From positions 19,133-83,132 of the forward strand of contig CAYIWY010000005.1 in NCBI GenBank assembly GCA_964367355.1: 64,000 nt of DNA. The letters are read 5' to 3'. Source of the DNA: an uncultured Gammaproteobacteria bacterium. GTDB lineage: Bacteria; Patescibacteriota; Microgenomatia; Woykebacterales; RBG-16-39-9b. Of the stretch, positions 60,554 through 64,000 are shown in pieces. The notes beneath the pieces were generated by a model. That model was not told the origin of the DNA and made no database searches. It saw only the letters and a list, made by a program, of their open reading frames with translations. The translations under genes and the position numbers were made by a program. How positions within the stretch are numbered: the stretch's first letter is position 1; each line of letters starts with the position of its first letter.

Positions 60554-61165
60554 TCATTTTGGGGTCATTTCTTCAATTGCAAAGTTAACTCCAAATGCCC
60601 AGGAGCCATCACTGTCGGTATAACGGGTCATTATGGCTTCAGGAGTATTCAAACCACGGTCTATGTAATCGGTTTTTAGGCCTTTGGCTACTGTTTCGAT
60701 GGCAAACTGCCAGTCATGAAATTTAGCACCTGAATTGGTTCCGGTATAAATTGCCCAACCAAAGGCGTTATGGGATCCTTGAGGCATTCTTTTGCCCAAT
60801 GTAGATTCCTGGAAAGCAATTGCTGGGATAAGTCGATAATCAAGGCTGTATTTGTCCGCCTCAGAAACAAATATCTTTCCTAAACCACTCATGGGTGAAT
60901 TGTGTTTGGCGAGAAAATTGTCGATTATTACCGGGCGGCTATCAGATCTCCCGATTGACGATAATGAATTACCCTTATCCTGAGAAGCAGCGTAGTAAGA
61001 ATCGATTGGAGAATTGATAATATTTTTACCTTCTATTTTGAATTCTTCTGGTATTTGTTGACTGCCGTTATTTGTGGCTAAGGCAGTAAAATTTGAAAAA
61101 AGAAAAATAATACCACCAAGTATTAAAAAACCAAAAAAGGAAAAAATAAGCAGGTTTCTTTTCAT
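60554..61165 (-). CDS. Secreted lysozyme-like/glucosaminidase-type protein (paralog)
   Basis: ADKYSLDYRLIPAIAFQES..NAFGW. Confidence 0.75.
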   Translation of the reverse strand: MKRNLLIFSFFGFLILGGIIFLFSNFTALATNNGSQQIPEEFKIEGKNIINSPIDSYYAASQDKGNSLSSIGRSDSRPVIIDNFLAKHNSPMSGLGKIFVSEADKYSLDYRLIPAIAFQESTLGKRMPQGSHNAFGWAIYTGTNSGAKFHDWQFAIETVAKGLKTDYIDRGLNTPEAIMTRYTDSDGSWAFGVNFAIEEMTPK

Positions 61166-61259
61166 TGACATCAATCCTAAAGCAGAAATATATTTTTGTC
61201 AAAACCTAGTTTTCCGATAAAGCCTAGTTTTTTTAGTTGTTTTGTGCTAAAAGTGAGCC

Positions 61260-61700
61260 ATGACGAAGTTTTCTGCGCTGGATCCAGAAGAAGCTCGAAA
61301 AATCGAGAAAAAAGCACTTGAGCAATTTGCTCCTGGACTCGAGAAAGAGCTAGAAAAAGAAAAAGCAATCCCAACCAAGGTACAACCTCTTTTTATAGTA
61401 AAATCAATTTTTCCCTTCCAACTTTTTCCTGATGAACTCCAAATATATAAAGATAAAGTTACTCTTATAACTCGCTTAGGGCCGGGAATGGAAAAAATTC
61501 GCCATCTGCATTTGCAAGAAATTGCTCAACTTGAGGCTGATTGTGGACCAATTTTCGGACATCTTCATATAATCCCAAAATTACGAACAGAAGAGACGAT
61601 GTTAATTGATCGCCTGAGCCGAAAACAAGCTCTAGAGGCAAGGGAGTTTATTGAGGATTTGATCGATAAACCCAAGGAAATTAAAGAGTCGACTTTTTAG
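61260..61700 (+). CDS. Hypothetical protein (possible PH-like fold)
   Basis: 146 aa ORF with FPFQLFPD motif. Confidence 0.7.
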   Translation: MTKFSALDPEEARKIEKKALEQFAPGLEKELEKEKAIPTKVQPLFIVKSIFPFQLFPDELQIYKDKVTLITRLGPGMEKIRHLHLQEIAQLEADCGPIFGHLHIIPKLRTEETMLIDRLSRKQALEAREFIEDLIDKPKEIKESTF

Positions 61701-61973
61701 CTTTTTTAGAATTTTCTTCAAACTTTTCTTAAAAAAGCTGCTTTCAAGAAAAGGAAGGGAAAGAAAGTTCTTTCCCTTTCCTATGCCTCCTTGCCTAACG
61801 TCATCGCTTTTCTTAAATAGTAAGTTGAACGATTTATGGTTGTCAAACAACTATCTAATTATCAATTTAAGTTTTTTGTTGGGTAAAATAACCAGACTGA
61901 AATGTTCGGTCGAGACACTTGAATACAAGTGTATAATGCAGCATAACTAGGCGAAATTAGACAAGGAGAAGAG

Positions 61974-62327
61974 GTGATGGAGAGTTGGCTGTGGTGGGCC
62001 CTGGGTATCAGTTGGCTGCCAGTCGGGTATGTTGGTTCTCGACTCCTGGTAGTTCTGATTAGATTTATGAACTTCATGTCCGAACGAGAAGGAGAGCAGA
62101 AAACAATCAGTGGGGTGAACACTATCGAGGATGTCTTCTTTTTTTTCGTTGGTATTGCTCTCGGCTATATAACACTGGGATTTTTCCTGTTTTTCGGGGC
62201 TATTATTGCCTTGACTTGGCCAGGTCTTGGACTAATTGCCTTAGTAGGGATTATAGAAGAGAGAACCCATTTTTTCTTGAATCTCGGTCGTAGGGTCGAC
62301 AAATTTGTTAGGAAATTTGCCAAATGA
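61974..62327 (+). CDS. Hypothetical membrane protein
   Basis: Three hydrophobic segments, GGAG/GAGG SD, TTGAAT..TATAAT-like boxes upstream, terminator at 62346-62379. Confidence 0.65.
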   Translation: MMESWLWWALGISWLPVGYVGSRLLVVLIRFMNFMSEREGEQKTISGVNTIEDVFFFFVGIALGYITLGFFLFFGAIIALTWPGLGLIALVGIIEERTHFFLNLGRRVDKFVRKFAK

Positions 62328-62455
62328 GTACGAAGTTCGTGCTTCGAGACGTAACAATCAGTTGCGTCTCTCTTTTTTTAATGTGAGACTATACCGATGT
62401 AGAACCAGACAGGCGTTACTTTAGCAATTAAACACCTTAAGAGAGTTTCCCTCAG

Positions 62456-62722
62456 TTAATGTTTCTTTCCCAAAGCCTCAAAAACCTCGTCTTCACTAAA
62501 ACCCCAGGTCACAATAAGAGTTTTAACTAAAGCTTTTTGAAAGTGCTTGTCTCTCTTAATATCGTGGGGGAATACAAAAAACGGTCTTGCACCGTCTGTA
62601 GGGGTTTTAGTTGGGTGTTTAAACTTATATTGGTGGTTGCCACCGTTTGCGTCAGAAAAACCTAACTTTACTAAGGCTTTAACAAACTTCTTAGCGTCAA
62701 AATCTGGAATGTCGGTACGCAT
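62456..62722 (-). CDS. HicA-like toxin
   Basis: FVKALVKLGF..GGNHQYKFKHP; downstream of a HicB-like gene. Confidence 0.65.
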   Translation of the reverse strand: MRTDIPDFDAKKFVKALVKLGFSDANGGNHQYKFKHPTKTPTDGARPFFVFPHDIKRDKHFQKALVKTLIVTWGFSEDEVFEALGKKH

Positions 62723-62730
62723 TGTAGATA

Positions 62731-63054
62731 CTAAGCTGGAATAAGTACGGGGTTAGAAACCAGTCTAACCGATTCTTGTCTTGATTTCATTTCTTTACCT
62801 TCAAACAAGTTCTCTGACTGGTAGGATAAAATAATACTTTTTTGTAATTCACTAGGAATATCGAAATAATCAAACACAGCTGACTTAAAATTTATACTTG
62901 CTTCATTTAAAGTATCACCTTGAGCAAAACAACCAGGTAAGTTAGGTGAATCTACCCAGAAACCACCTTTATCAGAGGCGTGAAAGGTGACGTCTGCGGG
63001 AAGTTTGGAAGCTAAGTCTTTAATTTCGGAAGGTAAGTTTTTTTGGGGGTTCAT
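62731..63054 (-). CDS. HicB-like antitoxin
   Basis: GGFWVDSPNLPGCFAQGDTLNEA. Confidence 0.85.
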   Translation of the reverse strand: MNPQKNLPSEIKDLASKLPADVTFHASDKGGFWVDSPNLPGCFAQGDTLNEASINFKSAVFDYFDIPSELQKSIILSYQSENLFEGKEMKSRQESVRLVSNPVLIPA

Positions 63055-63283
63055 AGTTAACTCCTTTATAGTAAGTTTACTATATCAACTCTGTCAACTA
63101 GGAACCGACCACTAATAATTTTAATTAATTTGGCATCAAAAATTGAGGTTAAAAAACATGGAGCTCCAGACAGGGCGTTTAGTCTTCTTAGCCGCAGGAC
63201 GCTTTAGCGATCTAATTGAACTAATTGAGGCTGTTAAGAAAATCTCCTATCCTGCACTAGTTTTGAAAGAAGGTTCCTACTTG

Positions 63284-63727
63284 CTAGAAGCTGGAAGTTA
63301 GGGAGTAGATTGGCCATATAATAGCGAAAGCCAAAAACAAAAACCCGACGAAAAATAAAGCGGGACCAAATATAGTACTCCACAACAAGCTGTTTTTTAC
63401 AATTTCTTTTTTCTTTTCTTTTTTGTAAAGATAAAAGGAATATGCAGAATTTAATATTGGCAAAATAGCTGCGAGCAAAACTTCTAGGTAAAAAGGTATT
63501 AGGTTAAATACCCCTATCCTTAATTCTGAGTAAGTTGAATATAATTTGGAAAACCAAAAAATGAAAAAGAGTCCACAATAACAGATTGATATTATTACAG
63601 AAATAAAAGAAACTATTTTTGCAGTTTCCATTTGCGATTCTATGTTAACTGGAATAGGTACATTGGATTGATCAAAAGGTTTTGGATTCTGAGATTGTTG
63701 CGTCTGTTCACTAATCACTTGTTCCAT
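63284..63727 (-). CDS. Three-TM membrane protein resembling the PilC membrane segments
   Basis: C-terminus IIWPIYSLTSSF versus PilC IIMPIYGLTSSF; start ATG 63727. Confidence 0.7.
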   Translation of the reverse strand: MEQVISEQTQQSQNPKPFDQSNVPIPVNIESQMETAKIVSFISVIISICYCGLFFIFWFSKLYSTYSELRIGVFNLIPFYLEVLLAAILPILNSAYSFYLYKKEKKKEIVKNSLLWSTIFGPALFFVGFLFLAFAIIWPIYSLTSSF

Positions 63728-63892
63728 CTTTTTAATTATGACTTTTGAATGTGTATGTGTCAATTTGAGGCTAATAATATTGGGTCTCCAGAGTGGACAC
63801 TGCTAGAACTTTTCCAGACTGTTAGACAAATCTCACACCCCATTCTAGTTTTAAAAGAAACGCTGTACTTTATTAAGTAAAAAAAGAAGCTC

Positions 63893-64000
63893 CTAGTTTT
63901 CTAAACTGGAGCTTCGCAGGCCTTCTGGTGTAAGTTTCCAGTTGTTAGCAAAGGTCCGCCAGTTATCAAAAGTTGTTCTTGGTTTTAAAGTCAGCTGATA
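63893..64000 (-). CDS. 3' end of a gene that starts beyond the window
   Basis: Open frame YQLTLKPRTTFDNWRTFANNWKLTPEGLRSSSLEN* overlapping a GAAGCTCC/GGAGCTTC terminator. Confidence 0.4.
   Translation of the reverse strand, partial: YQLTLKPRTTFDNWRTFANNWKLTPEGLRSSSLEN

Overview
AT-rich bacterial chromosome segment with the gene content of a Patescibacteria (CPR), probably Microgenomates-type, genome; the taxon is inferred from gene content. Core blocks are glyA, gyrBA, a complete type IV pilus locus (pilB/T/C/D, pilins, pilMNO), rpsP-khpA-trmD, rpmF-nusB-acpP-rnc, recG, tyrS, a class A PBP, thrS-tsaC-infC-rpmI-rplT, pheST, clpP, murT-gatD, tRNA-Val(GAC) and tRNA-Leu(TAG). Between them are self-contained accessory units, each with a sigma70 promoter, strong Shine-Dalgarno and terminator; they are densest at 1-14 kb and 54-64 kb. 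The main candidate discovery is a roughly 1.19 kb region on the minus strand (6492-7682). It is GC-richer than its surroundings, has no credible ORF, and shows many nested helices. It has its own consensus promoter and intrinsic terminator, and it ends in an SD followed by ATG-TAG. It looks like a giant structured ncRNA that I cannot assign to a known class. It shares a promoter motif (ACTATGGG-like) with several accessory units and a 13-nt initiation-region sequence with one of them. Other candidates are a D-arm-less tRNA-like element (55109-55183), a promoter-driven minihelix-like small RNA upstream of pheS, a RAYT whose REP palindromes sit in frame inside pilus genes, and several dispersed repeat families. 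All structures and motifs were read by eye; no folding or database search was run.
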